Source: a virus
Lineage: Duplodnaviria; Caudoviricetes
IMG/VR virus record: IMGVR_UViG_3300043256_000267
Location: 1-55,579 of that record
Length of the DNA stretch: 55,579 nucleotides
Direction: 5' to 3' (one strand)
Positions 9,931-18,630 of this stretch are shown in pieces. The notes beneath the pieces were generated by a model. That model was not told the origin of the DNA, did not search any database, and saw nothing but the letters and a program-made list of their open reading frames with translations. Position 1 is the stretch's first letter; each line of letters starts with the position of its first letter. A program made the position numbers and the translations under genes.

Positions 9931-10533
9931 TTACGGCGTCTTTCCAGGAATCTGTTCGAGTTCCCCGGCGCTCCCGCGAATGCGCTCGGCAAATGCTTTC
10001 AGGGTGCGCAAGCCTCTCAGCAGTTCGCTGGCGGCTTTCCCACGTGGCTTGGGAACCGGGCCGAGCAGCTTGTCTGTGCGCTTGACGACGCGCTGGTACG
10101 CAGCTCGCTCTCGCGGCGTAAGCGATCGAGCTTTGCCGCGGCCGGTTTCCACGCGGTTACGGTCAATCGCGGCCTGTGCAGCTCTGCGCTGGGCTTCGAT
10201 CTTCGTTTGGGTCTCCGCAGTGGATTTATCTTTGGAAGGCATCGGCGTTTTCCTTTCTTGTCCTAGAAACCCGTGTACAGTTGCGCCCCCTGTTTTCGAT
10301 CGTTCATGCGCAAACCTAGTGGCTTCTTCTGGATTATCAAAGTCAGGATAAGTCAACTTCGACTTAACCGCAAAATTGATCGCGTCTCTTTGGTTAAGTT
10401 GCTGTCCTGCAACCAGCGTCGGAATCAAAGTTTCCCGACCTTTGTTCAAAGCAAACGTGCTTACAGATATTGTCCGCTCCGATGAGAACGACCCATCTGG
10501 GTTCCGCACTTTGACTACTTTAGGAACCGGCAT
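9931..10533 (-). CDS. Hypothetical protein
   Basis: Co-oriented ORF in the operon; basic C-terminal half. Confidence 0.6.
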   Translation of the reverse strand: MPVPKVVKVRNPDGSFSSERTISVSTFALNKGRETLIPTLVAGQQLNQRDAINFAVKSKLTYPDFDNPEEATRFAHERSKTGGATVHGFLGQERKTPMPSKDKSTAETQTKIEAQRRAAQAAIDRNRVETGRGKARSLTPRERAAYQRVVKRTDKLLGPVPKPRGKAASELLRGLRTLKAFAERIRGSAGELEQIPGKTP

Positions 10534-10537
10534 GTAG

Positions 10538-10789
10538 TCAACTTCCTTCTGGTACGATGCGGTGCCTGAACCTACGCCAGTACGAGTCGGCGTAGTTGCG
10601 GCACTTCGGGCAGTGGTTCTCTTCTAGTTCACCACCCAACAAGTCTGACAATGGAAACATCGCGCTGCACGCTATGCACGCCACTGTACTGCCGTCTGGC
10701 CTGTCCAACTTGAACATCGTTGCGTATGGTAAAAACGGACCGTCTGAATACGTAACCATGTCTACTTCCTTCCCGCGTCTGTGGATCAT
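10538..10789 (-). CDS. Small Zn-ribbon protein
   Basis: CIAC...CPKC; ATGA overlap with the upstream gene. Confidence 0.6.
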   Translation of the reverse strand: MIHRRGKEVDMVTYSDGPFLPYATMFKLDRPDGSTVACIACSAMFPLSDLLGGELEENHCPKCRNYADSYWRRFRHRIVPEGS

Positions 10790-11391
10790 ACAACCTCCGA
10801 CGTTGAATGGCGATAGTCAGGAGAACGGCCGTAGTTGGAACGCATTGGAGGTCGCGCGATGGCGCCGGGGGCTTGTTTTTCGGCACGCGCGGACTCGGCT
10901 GCCGTGCGCTTGCGGTCCCGGTACCGCTGCATGGCCGTGTCGATCTCCATGCCGATACCCAGCCCAGAGAGCAGCCCTTGAAGCGTACCGGACACGCTGG
11001 ACGGCTGAACGAACGCAGCGCCTTTGAGGAGCGCAGAGGAAATGGCCTGTTTGCGCTCGGCTTCGGCGGACGCAGTCGGACTGAGCTTGGTCAAGTCCAC
11101 AGAAACGTCGGGCGGTGTCGGACCGGAAATCTCCTGCCGTGTGCGGACGCGGCCACGGGGGGCTTGGCTGGATGGCCTTCCTGTAATGCCCAACGGCGAG
11201 ACGGTACCCCTCCGCGGCTTCCGCTTGCTGCTAGCTGGTTTTGACTTTGGTTTGCGTGCCCGTGTCAGTTGTGGGTCTAACACCTCGCGCGCTGTTGCTC
11301 TCCGAGACGGTCGCGCGAACTCGAACTCGAACTTCCGGCTGGATTTAGATTCGCGCGCTGGAAACGTCTTGTCTAACGGAATCATCGGCAT
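10786..11391 (-). CDS. Hypothetical basic protein, possibly virion-associated
   Basis: TAATG coupling to the HNH gene; Gly-rich hydrophobic segment. Confidence 0.6.
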   Translation of the reverse strand: MPMIPLDKTFPARESKSSRKFEFEFARPSRRATAREVLDPQLTRARKPKSKPASSKRKPRRGTVSPLGITGRPSSQAPRGRVRTRQEISGPTPPDVSVDLTKLSPTASAEAERKQAISSALLKGAAFVQPSSVSGTLQGLLSGLGIGMEIDTAMQRYRDRKRTAAESARAEKQAPGAIARPPMRSNYGRSPDYRHSTSEVV

Positions 11392-11876
11392 TATAGCTGC
11401 TCACTTTCCAGCAACGCGCCCCAGTTCTTACGGTGTTCACGAGCGTGGCAATTAGCACACAAAACGGTACACTTTTCAAGTTCTTTTTCAACTTCCGGCC
11501 ACGCACGCGAAGTCATAGTCGGCAACTTCGATACCTTGTCCTTTGGATCACGATGGTGAAAGTCTAAAACTAACGTGTCCCTCTCTCCACATGTTACGCA
11601 TCCCGAGTCCTTCTTGATCCCCCAAAGGATCAACTGGCGTTCAACGTGTTTCTTGGCCATTCGCCGAACACGCTTGTCACGCACGCCGGGGCGCTCGATG
11701 TACGCCTTTGCCTTCGCAATGATCTCGTCGCGGTTCTTCAAGTAGTACCTCCGCCGCCGCGCGCGAATCCTACGTTTGTTCTCTGCTTGGTACTTTTTCG
11801 CATACGAAAGCCTCTTGTCCCGGTTTTTGCGGTTGTACTCTCGGTGGTACGCTTTTTGTTCCTCTGTCAACGACAT
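11391..11876 (-). CDS. HNH endonuclease (same family as 103..573)
   Basis: GCVTCGE...LDFHHRDP...EKCTVLCANCH. Confidence 0.85.
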   Translation of the reverse strand: MSLTEEQKAYHREYNRKNRDKRLSYAKKYQAENKRRIRARRRRYYLKNRDEIIAKAKAYIERPGVRDKRVRRMAKKHVERQLILWGIKKDSGCVTCGERDTLVLDFHHRDPKDKVSKLPTMTSRAWPEVEKELEKCTVLCANCHAREHRKNWGALLESEQL

Positions 11877-11879
11877 ACA

Positions 11880-12152
11880 TTAAAAGCGCAACTGGCTCGC
11901 AAAATCGAACCCAGCGGCAGCCGCCGACGTTTTCGCGGCCAACTGCTGCTGCTTGAACCGGTTGAGCGTGTCCATTATGGCGGTCATGCGCCGACGCTTT
12001 GGGCGGGACGCAGCCTCTTCCTTCTTGCGCTGCTTTCGGCGCTCCACGTCGGAAAGAACACCCGAGCCCAAACCAACCGCGCCACCAATCAAACCTGCGG
12101 GACCCAACATTCCGCCTACCGCGCCCGCGGCTGCACCCGTTTCTACTGGCAT
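11880..12152 (-). CDS. Small glycine-zipper protein
   Basis: GAAAGAVGGMLGPAGLIGGAVGLG; GGAG RBS; own promoter. Confidence 0.65.
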   Translation of the reverse strand: MPVETGAAAGAVGGMLGPAGLIGGAVGLGSGVLSDVERRKQRKKEEAASRPKRRRMTAIMDTLNRFKQQQLAAKTSAAAAGFDFASQLRF

Positions 12153-12194
12153 TACTCCACCTTCCAATCTGGTTACACTCTTCGCCTGCTCTGT

Positions 12195-12223
12195 ATTATA
12201 GCCGCAAACGCATTCGCGGTCAA
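12195..12223 (-). promoter_or_regulatory. Sigma70-type promoter
   Basis: TTGACC-17-TATAAT. Confidence 0.7.
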
Positions 12224-12371
12224 GGTGGACCAACTCGCACGGCAACGGTCATCCAGTAGCAAATGCGCTTTTTCAGGATGGGCGCGCATTCGGCCACTGT
12301 ACCGTTTTCGATCACGAATCCTGCACACAAGTACGACGTGACTACCCTGTAAAGTCCGTCTGCAAGCATTG

Positions 12372-13283
12372 CTAAGACCCCCACACAGCGGCCAAGTGGT
12401 CCAGGCGGTCTTCGGGGGTGCCCTCATAGCAGGCGCGTTCGAGATCGGTCATGGGACGGGACTCGGCCTCTGCCTGCGCAGCCCGCAAGTTCTCACCGGT
12501 CGGATCGGGCTCGTGGGGCGCCGCGGGAGCGTCTGGCTTTGGAGCACTAACAGACCGTTTACGGCGGCGCTTGGACGTGCGGGACCGGTGAGTCCCGGGT
12601 GGCTCGGTGTCCCAACCAGCCTCCCGTTGGCCGGCAGCGTGACGTTCGGCTTTTTCATCGTGCGACCAGGTGCGGCGCTTGGACTTCTTGTGGGAACGGG
12701 CCTCCTCCATGCGAGCGAGAGCCTGCTCACGGAGAACATCGTCGGCCCGCGCGACCGCTTCGTGGGACGGGATACCCTGCGCGAGCAGCTTGTCGTATTC
12801 GCGGACGTGGGCTGGGCCGCGGGTGGGGATACCGGCGCCCACACGACGAAACTTTACTCGGCACCGCCTATGCCACAGATAGTGCCCACTCAGCCCCTCA
12901 CCGTACTCCTCCAGGATTTCGGCTGGGGAACGAGGTACCGCGTCAAATTCGTCGGTGGCCCCGTTGAGGACCAGCTCACGGCCCAGCGCCCATTTGGCGA
13001 GCCCTGTACCGTCCAGCCACTTGGCAGCTATCCAAACAGCGTATTTGGGGTCCATAGGCTCGTTGCACACCCCGCATTGGCCCTCCTGCTGCTTCCACTG
13101 AGCGTACTTGCACTGGTAGAGGGCCATGCGCACGTCGGCAGCGGTGAACCCAACGCGATCGCACTTACGGACTGACCCCACACCCGGTTTCCAAAGCCTC
13201 TCCGGGGGCTTCCGTTTTCGGGTTTTCTGTCCGCACGTGGGACACACTCCAGATGGCGTTCGATTCTGACCCGCGTTTTCCAT
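12372..13283 (-). CDS. Hypothetical Zn-binding protein
   Basis: CPTC, QEGQCGVC and HRRC; may be a degenerate endonuclease-VII/HNH-like fold. Confidence 0.6.
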   Translation of the reverse strand: MENAGQNRTPSGVCPTCGQKTRKRKPPERLWKPGVGSVRKCDRVGFTAADVRMALYQCKYAQWKQQEGQCGVCNEPMDPKYAVWIAAKWLDGTGLAKWALGRELVLNGATDEFDAVPRSPAEILEEYGEGLSGHYLWHRRCRVKFRRVGAGIPTRGPAHVREYDKLLAQGIPSHEAVARADDVLREQALARMEEARSHKKSKRRTWSHDEKAERHAAGQREAGWDTEPPGTHRSRTSKRRRKRSVSAPKPDAPAAPHEPDPTGENLRAAQAEAESRPMTDLERACYEGTPEDRLDHLAAVWGS

Positions 13284-13412
13284 ATCGAAAATCCCCTTTT
13301 ACAGTGAGAGTTAGAAAACCATCGCGCTGGAGTAGGAAATAGAGGTATAAGAGTATTCTGTTACGCTAAGACTGTCGTTCGCACGCGCATGTTTTTCCAG
13401 TGACACCGTACC

Positions 13413-13442
13413 ATTATAGCTGCGGACCGACCGCGGAGTCAA
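13413..13442 (-). promoter_or_regulatory. Sigma70-type promoter
   Basis: TTGACT-18-TATAAT. Confidence 0.6.
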
Positions 13443-13669
13443 GCGCACCGCGGTAGTTCCTCCTCACTTGCGGCGTGTAATAAGCCAATCACCAACCGAC
13501 GCGGCAACAGAATACACGATGATTACGGCGATAACAATCCAACACAGTGGGCACGTCATGGAGTTCCTCCTCGGAACAGTAAGATGAGCCAATAGACCGC
13601 GGCTGCCACGAAGGTGAGCGCGACGGCGCCGGCACACGCAAGGATGATCCAGCCAACCAGATGCACGGG

Positions 13670-14455
13670 TCACACGAGGCCCGGTGGGTCAGCCAGCGCA
13701 CCACAAAGGTACTCGCCTGGCTCGATTCCGTACAGGCGGTCCTCGGCGCCAGCTACGTACTTCTCGGACAGCTCGATGCCCAAATAGCGGCGGCGAAGCT
13801 TCTTGGCAACGGCTAGAGTGGTACCGCTGCCGACGAAGGGGTCGAGTACCAGGTCGCCTTCGTTGGAACAGGCCCGGATGATGCGGCCGAGGACCTGTTC
13901 GGGCATCTGGCAACCGTGAAAGCCAGCGCGTTCCTTGAAGGTGCCGCAGACCCGCGGGAACTGCCACGTATCATCAGGGATGCGGCCCTTGGGATTGGCC
14001 CGTTTGTCGTTGTACTTGAGCTGGCGGGCAGACGGCACGCGGATCGCATCAGCGTTGAACGTGAAGTTCTTGGGGTCCTTGACGAAGTAGAGCAAGTGCG
14101 TGTGGCTGCGCGTAAACTTGCGCTTGCAATTGACGCCGAACGTGTAATGCCAAATGACCCAGTTCCGACACGTAAGGCCTAACTTTTGGATCATCACTTT
14201 TAGCTCAGCCGCGTAGTCATCTCCGATGGCAACCCAAAGTGTACCATTTGGCTTAAGTGCATCAACGGCTCCGATGATCCACTCGCGCGACCAAGCAAGG
14301 TAGCTCTGGGGGGATCGCGCGTCATTGCATTCGTCGTACTCGTAGCCGATGTTGAATGGCGGGTCGGCAAAGACGAGGTCGACTGAGCCCGCGTTGAGCT
14401 TGGCGAGTTCTTGAATGCAATCGCCGTGGATGATCCGATCAAGATCGTCTGTCAT
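13670..14455 (-). CDS. Orphan DNA methyltransferase (N6A/N4C, beta class)
   Basis: DPPF catalytic motif precedes the [14 protein letters not shown]-binding motif; GAGGAGG RBS. Confidence 0.92.
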   Translation of the reverse strand: MTDDLDRIIHGDCIQELAKLNAGSVDLVFADPPFNIGYEYDECNDARSPQSYLAWSREWIIGAVDALKPNGTLWVAIGDDYAAELKVMIQKLGLTCRNWVIWHYTFGVNCKRKFTRSHTHLLYFVKDPKNFTFNADAIRVPSARQLKYNDKRANPKGRIPDDTWQFPRVCGTFKERAGFHGCQMPEQVLGRIIRACSNEGDLVLDPFVGSGTTLAVAKKLRRRYLGIELSEKYVAGAEDRLYGIEPGEYLCGALADPPGLV

Positions 14456-14456
14456 G

Positions 14457-14633
14457 TTAGTCCTCCTCTGGCTCGCTGCACCCCCAGCAGAGGGTGTTTC
14501 TTCCCGGCACGCAACAGTCAAAGCCCTGCGCGCCACATTTAGGGCACTCGTACACGCGCGCGTCGTTCAGGGGCCGCTCGTTGCCGCAGTGCGGGCATGT
14601 TTCCTTCTTGGGCTTGGCTTTCTTTTTGGTCAT
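14457..14633 (-). CDS. 58-aa Zn-finger protein (not in the ORF track)
   Basis: [17 protein letters not shown]...CPKCG...CC...CWGC; ends 1 bp before the MTase start; TTAACT-17-TATAGT promoter at 14646..14674. Confidence 0.65.
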   Translation of the reverse strand: MTKKKAKPKKETCPHCGNERPLNDARVYECPKCGAQGFDCCVPGRNTLCWGCSEPEED

Positions 14634-15330
14634 CCCAGTTGCTAGACTATACTGTCAAATCGCAGGCGAGTTAAGCGTGAAGTTGGGGGTGGAAACGAGG
14701 TGGACCGCGTACACGAACGCCCCAACTAGGAGCGCCACGATTGCGGCCACGTACAGGATGGTCATAGCGGAGCGCATTGCGGGGGTCCTCCCTTCTGCGA
14801 GATCATACCGCCGGCGCGCAGGCAGGTCAAGCTGTCAGAAAAGTAGGTACGTTTTTCTGACAGAAACGCGTTCGTGGCAGACGTCCACGCGGTTTGGGTA
14901 ACAGCGGGGCTGGAATTGCGACAGTGCGAGCTGGTAAAGTAGAACCGCGAGAATTGCGGGTCTCAGTGGAATGTGGGGACGCGAGACTGGGGCTCGTGTT
15001 CCGGGCGCGGGACAGGAGGACGACAAACTGCGGTTGCTGAGCGCGAAAGCGGCGGTGCCCCACATTTTTCGTAGACAACGTGGGGTGCCAATCGTCTCAT
15101 ATCGCCGTCGCTCTGGGGGTCCTTCGGGGTCCGCTAACCATGCACGCGACAGCGCACGCTGACCTGCGTTACCGGGCCGCGCAGTATCGGGCGTGCGATG
15201 CTGGCCCGCGCTCGTGCCCACTATCGGACGCTCGCTGCCCACGTGACGCTGACGGGCGCCCGTCTCGCGTGCCCGACCGCCTCGATCGCGCCGATCACGA
15301 GCCCCCCCGGTGGTGGGCAATAGTGCCCAC

Positions 15331-15390
15331 CCACTACATGTTGTAGTGTGCAGCGCAGGACACTACATGTTGTACCACTAGATATGGTAG
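15331..15390. promoter_or_regulatory. Three NrdR-box-like palindromes
   Basis: CCACTACATGTTGTAG (15331), ACACTACATGTTGTAC (15360), CCACTAGATATGGTAG (15375). Confidence 0.45.
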
Positions 15391-15496
15391 TGTCTTGACC
15401 GCAACCCACATCATCGGCCCCACCCTGCCATATTGGCACTGTCATAATGGCAGCCCGCCCCACCCGTCACGCAATCTGATTTTTCCTGTTTCCCGC

Positions 15497-15557
15497 TTGA
15501 CATTCCACGCTGGGCATCATACACTTACATCGACTCGCCGAACTGAAAGGGTGCGCA
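15497..15557 (+). promoter_or_regulatory. Early promoter-leader unit 1
   Basis: TTGACA-17-TACACT...GACTCGCCGAA...AAAGG-ATG. Confidence 0.8.
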
Positions 15558-15767
15558 ATGACATTCAACGTAGGTGATCGGGTTGTCGCTTGGACATACT
15601 TCAATCGAGTGATCGGAGTCGTTGAAGCTTTCACCAACAACGGCCAAACCGCGATCATACGCGGTCGTGATTTGTTCGGCGAGATAGCAGTCCGCTACCC
15701 TGTCGCGCACTTGGAACGCGCGGCCGAGCCCCCAGCCCCACTTGTCCTATTTCCACCCACCGCTTGA
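15558..15767 (+). CDS. Small early protein (SH3/KOW-like start)
   Basis: FNVGDRV motif; its TGA lies in the next TTGACA. Confidence 0.75.
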   Translation: MTFNVGDRVVAWTYFNRVIGVVEAFTNNGQTAIIRGRDLFGEIAVRYPVAHLERAAEPPAPLVLFPPTA

Positions 15768-15823
15768 CATCCGCTTGCACGCATCATACACTTAGCATGA
15801 CTCGCCGAATTGGAGCCAAGACA
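15764..15823 (+). promoter_or_regulatory. Early promoter-leader unit 2
   Basis: TTGACA-17-TACACT...GACTCGCCGAATTGGAG. Confidence 0.8.
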
Positions 15824-16069
15824 ATGATGTCCCCCGAAGGAACCAGTAAGTACGCGTGCAACATGCTAGGCGTCGCGCGCTGTGCTTACGACGGTTGGTG
15901 CATCGCGAAGGACAGCTACGAATCCGCAGCGCGTCAAGATGACCGTGAACTCTACACCGGTTACTGTCGAGCCTACTCGCAGATTCTTCGCGTGGTTACC
16001 GGCATACCGGCAACCGTAAAGTGCCAAGAGCGCTGGGCAGAATGGATAAAGACAGCCCCAACCACTTGA
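15824..16069 (+). CDS. Small early protein
   Basis: ATG after unit-2 RBS; TGA lies in the next TTGACA. Confidence 0.7.
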   Translation: MMSPEGTSKYACNMLGVARCAYDGWCIAKDSYESAARQDDRELYTGYCRAYSQILRVVTGIPATVKCQERWAEWIKTAPTT

Positions 16070-16126
16070 CATCCGGCACGCGGTATCCTACACTTGCATT
16101 GAATCGCCGAATCGGAGGCTTAACCG
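16066..16126 (+). promoter_or_regulatory. Early promoter-leader unit 3
   Basis: TTGACA-17-TACACT...AATCGCCGAATCGGAGG. Confidence 0.8.
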
Positions 16127-16294
16127 ATGTGGAAGTTGGTATTGTGGCTGACACAAAGCAAGTGCGTTACTGAAGAGTACGCGACCGAGGCCGAGGCCCT
16201 AGCGCGGCTTCACAAGCAGCTAGACACAGGCATGCGCGCTGTCGCGTGGGAACTAGACGGCCCGAACGGGAAGCACGAAGGACAAGAATTGTAA
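16127..16294 (+). CDS. 55-aa early protein (not in the ORF track)
   Basis: MWKLVLWLTQSKCVTEEYATEAEALARL...; GGAGG RBS. Confidence 0.7.
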   Translation: MWKLVLWLTQSKCVTEEYATEAEALARLHKQLDTGMRAVAWELDGPNGKHEGQEL

Positions 16295-16303
16295 CCGCGC
16301 GCC

Positions 16304-16364
16304 TTGACATTCCGCACGTGGTATCCTACACCTAGCATGACTCGCCGAATGGAGGTACAAGCCA
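16304..16364 (+). promoter_or_regulatory. Early promoter-leader unit 4
   Basis: TTGACA-17-TACACC...GACTCGCCGAATGGAGG. Confidence 0.8.
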
Positions 16365-16556
16365 ATGACAGTAGGCACGCTACGACAAACACTTGAGGGA
16401 TTGTCTGAAGACACACGAGTTATTCTCCGCGTGATGACGGACATAGCGGTTGACGAGCCACGCGGCGCTATCCTGGAGGAAACATGGTTTGAGGTAGTCC
16501 CGCACACAGTTAACGGGCGCGGAGTTATCATCCTCGCAGCCGAAGGGTGCGCGTGA
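16365..16556 (+). CDS. Small early protein
   Basis: MTVGTLRQTLEGLSEDTRV, a common phage small-protein start. Confidence 0.75.
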   Translation: MTVGTLRQTLEGLSEDTRVILRVMTDIAVDEPRGAILEETWFEVVPHTVNGRGVIILAAEGCA

Positions 16557-16834
16557 TGCCAAAGCCAACAACAGCACGAGTGAGCGTCAAGCGCTATCAG
16601 TGCGTTGAGTGTAAAGCAATTGAACAGCACAACACGAACCACTGGGGCGAGATTTATCCACGTTGTCGCTCGTGCGGTTGGAAAAACCCAATGGCAATGG
16701 CCCAGCGGTTCGTGTGCCTGGAGCCCTGTCCATCAACGCATGACACCCCAGAACCCTGGAAACTCGTAAAGCTTGGCGACATTGTGGAAATTGTCGAGCC
16801 CCACGTGCTTGACACGCGGTCCCGTGAATCGTAG
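16556..16834 (+). CDS. Small Zn-binding early protein
   Basis: CVEC...CRSC; TGATG coupling. Confidence 0.7.
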   Translation: MPKPTTARVSVKRYQCVECKAIEQHNTNHWGEIYPRCRSCGWKNPMAMAQRFVCLEPCPSTHDTPEPWKLVKLGDIVEIVEPHVLDTRSRES

Positions 16835-16869
16835 GCTTTAGGCGTATCGCCGAAACGGAAGGACGCACA
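16809..16869 (+). promoter_or_regulatory. Early promoter-leader unit 5
   Basis: TTGACA-17-TAGGCT...TATCGCCGAAACGGAAGG. Confidence 0.7.
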
Positions 16870-17097
16870 ATGACACCGGTTCTCGTAAGCAACGCAGTAC
16901 AGATTGACTTGTCCCGTCCCGTTTCGGGCTCGTGGCATGGTCGCGGTTTCGGGCGCCACTTCGTTTGGCACTATTTGTGCTCACGTGGCCACACTGTCAA
17001 CGTCCGCTGCAACGCATGGCGCGGCATCGGCAAGCACCGCAAGCCAGACATCGTCCCGGGCGCGATCATGTGCCCGCAATGTGACCTTGACTCGTAA
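16870..17097 (+). CDS. Small early protein
   Basis: CSRGH...CPQC. Confidence 0.65.
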   Translation: MTPVLVSNAVQIDLSRPVSGSWHGRGFGRHFVWHYLCSRGHTVNVRCNAWRGIGKHRKPDIVPGAIMCPQCDLDS

Positions 17098-17132
17098 CGG
17101 CCTCACGGTCCCAACAAACGGGGGTTTGACCG

Positions 17133-17639
17133 ATGCAATACAGCATAATCTATAGTTGTGATGTGCCACGTGGCGTGTCTCTGTCCGCGCCACCACCGAC
17201 GCAATACCACAAATGGCAATGCACCGAACGGTCTGGCGGGCCAGACGGTGGTCAAATGGACTGGGGATTTGAGCCCGGTTCTTGTTGGTCGCGTGGACGG
17301 CACCGCAAGTATTGTGCGTATTTGGACACCGACGCCGAATTTGCCGAATTCGTTGACCATTGCGGATTGCACATAGAAGACGTCGAGACGGTGGGCAGCA
17401 TCGGCGCGCCCGGCTTTGGTTTTGGTTGGGCGCCTGCGCTATCGTTTGCATCACATGACCCTGAATGCTTGCAATCAGCCTACGTCACTCCGATACCCGA
17501 CGAACCACCACCCATACCGCTAGACAGTGCGCCCGCGCTGCCCGGCTGCGACGATTTGGTATTGTCCACCGCAGAGGCCGCGGCAAACCGCCGTTGGTCC
17601 GAAATTCGCGAGCAGTTGTTAGAAGACTACTCTTACTGA
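17133..17639 (+). CDS. Hypothetical protein
   Basis: 168-aa ORF in the early arm. Confidence 0.65.
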   Translation: MQYSIIYSCDVPRGVSLSAPPPTQYHKWQCTERSGGPDGGQMDWGFEPGSCWSRGRHRKYCAYLDTDAEFAEFVDHCGLHIEDVETVGSIGAPGFGFGWAPALSFASHDPECLQSAYVTPIPDEPPPIPLDSAPALPGCDDLVLSTAEAAANRRWSEIREQLLEDYSY

Positions 17640-17675
17640 CGCGCACACGAGCGCACAACACAAGGGAAAGCTACC

Positions 17676-17912
17676 ATGGCAACGTCAAAAGAGGTCCGAG
17701 AACTCGCCAAAGCCGCAGGCGTGTATGTTGACACACGCTCACCCGGTGACGGCGTGACGCGCTACCTTTTCGCCAGCGTACCGGGTGGCTACTCTACATG
17801 GTCGCCGTTCGATACGCTCGCTGTTCACCTCGGTGCGCGCGCTGCGCTGCAATTCCTGCTCGGCGTGCAAGTGGGCCGGCACCTCGAACGTGAGCAGAAA
17901 AGCGAGACTTGA
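17676..17912 (+). CDS. Hypothetical protein
   Basis: AAGGGA RBS; TGA lies in TTGACA at 17909. Confidence 0.7.
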   Translation: MATSKEVRELAKAAGVYVDTRSPGDGVTRYLFASVPGGYSTWSPFDTLAVHLGARAALQFLLGVQVGRHLEREQKSET

Positions 17913-17913
17913 C

Positions 17914-17989
17914 AAATTGTGTGTGCGAACGGTAGTCTTGGTACTACCCACTCTCTTATACCATAGACTACCGTTCGCACACACAATTT
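17914..17989. repeat. Long intergenic inverted repeat
   Basis: 25-bp perfect arms plus 5 bp after a 1-nt bulge; 15-nt loop. Confidence 0.9.
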
Positions 17990-18018
17990 TGTAACTCTAA
18001 CTTTACGGGAGGATTTTC

Positions 18019-18420
18019 ATGGCTGCAATCTACCAAGCAGACGTATGGTGCGACGATTGTGCAAACGCAATCCGTAAACGGCTGCGATCGGAGGGCAACG
18101 CGCCTGAGTGTACCTACGACGAGCGTTCTTACGACTCGGACGAGTACCCTAAGATCGCGTCCGACGATGAAGAATCGGACACCCCACAGCATTGTGCCGC
18201 GCACGAGTCGTGCTTGAACGCAATCGAACTTTCCTCTGGCCGCAAAATCGGAATGTTGTTCGGTAGTCTAACATTTGACGGAGTGACCTACGTCCGAGAA
18301 ACTGCCCTTGGAAGTGGCGGCGAGGTCGCCGAGTTATGGGTCCGACACTTCTCGGACGGGGGCTACGACCTCGAACTAACCAAGTGTCCGCACTGTAAAG
18401 GATTTGTTGATGCCGCTTGA
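18019..18420 (+). CDS. Hypothetical acidic protein
   Basis: GGAGG RBS; WCDDC motif; TGA lies in the next TTGACT. Confidence 0.75.
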   Translation: MAAIYQADVWCDDCANAIRKRLRSEGNAPECTYDERSYDSDEYPKIASDDEESDTPQHCAAHESCLNAIELSSGRKIGMLFGSLTFDGVTYVRETALGSGGEVAELWVRHFSDGGYDLELTKCPHCKGFVDAA

Positions 18421-18471
18421 CTTTCCACGTGCGGCATTCTACACTTGGACAGCCGAAAAGGGGAACTGACA
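18417..18471 (+). promoter_or_regulatory. Early promoter-leader unit 6
   Basis: TTGACT-17-TACACT...GCCGAAAAGGGG-ATG. Confidence 0.75.
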
Positions 18472-18597
18472 ATGATCGGGACTGTAATTGCCATTGGCGT
18501 AGGCGTCGTCGTGATTGCGTTCGCGTGCTGGTCAGTCTACTCGGATTTGCGCGGCGTTCCGTACTACCGGCCGCGTCACCGTCGTCACCGTTTTTAG
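18472..18597 (+). CDS. 41-aa single-TM peptide (not in the ORF track)
   Basis: MIGTVIAIGVGVVVIAFACW followed by an Arg/His-rich tail. Confidence 0.55.
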   Translation: MIGTVIAIGVGVVVIAFACWSVYSDLRGVPYYRPRHRRHRF

Positions 18598-18630
18598 TCT
18601 TGCCTTGCGCAAGAGAAAGGACCAACGACC

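Noticed and set aside
11390-11418. TATAAT at the HNH stop as another late promoter
   Set aside because: No -35 box at 16-18 bp; explained by the TAATG stop-start overlap
17102-17121. CTCACGGTCCCAACAAACGG as a ninth motif copy
   Set aside because: Only 14/20 identity, whereas the true copies are nearly invariant
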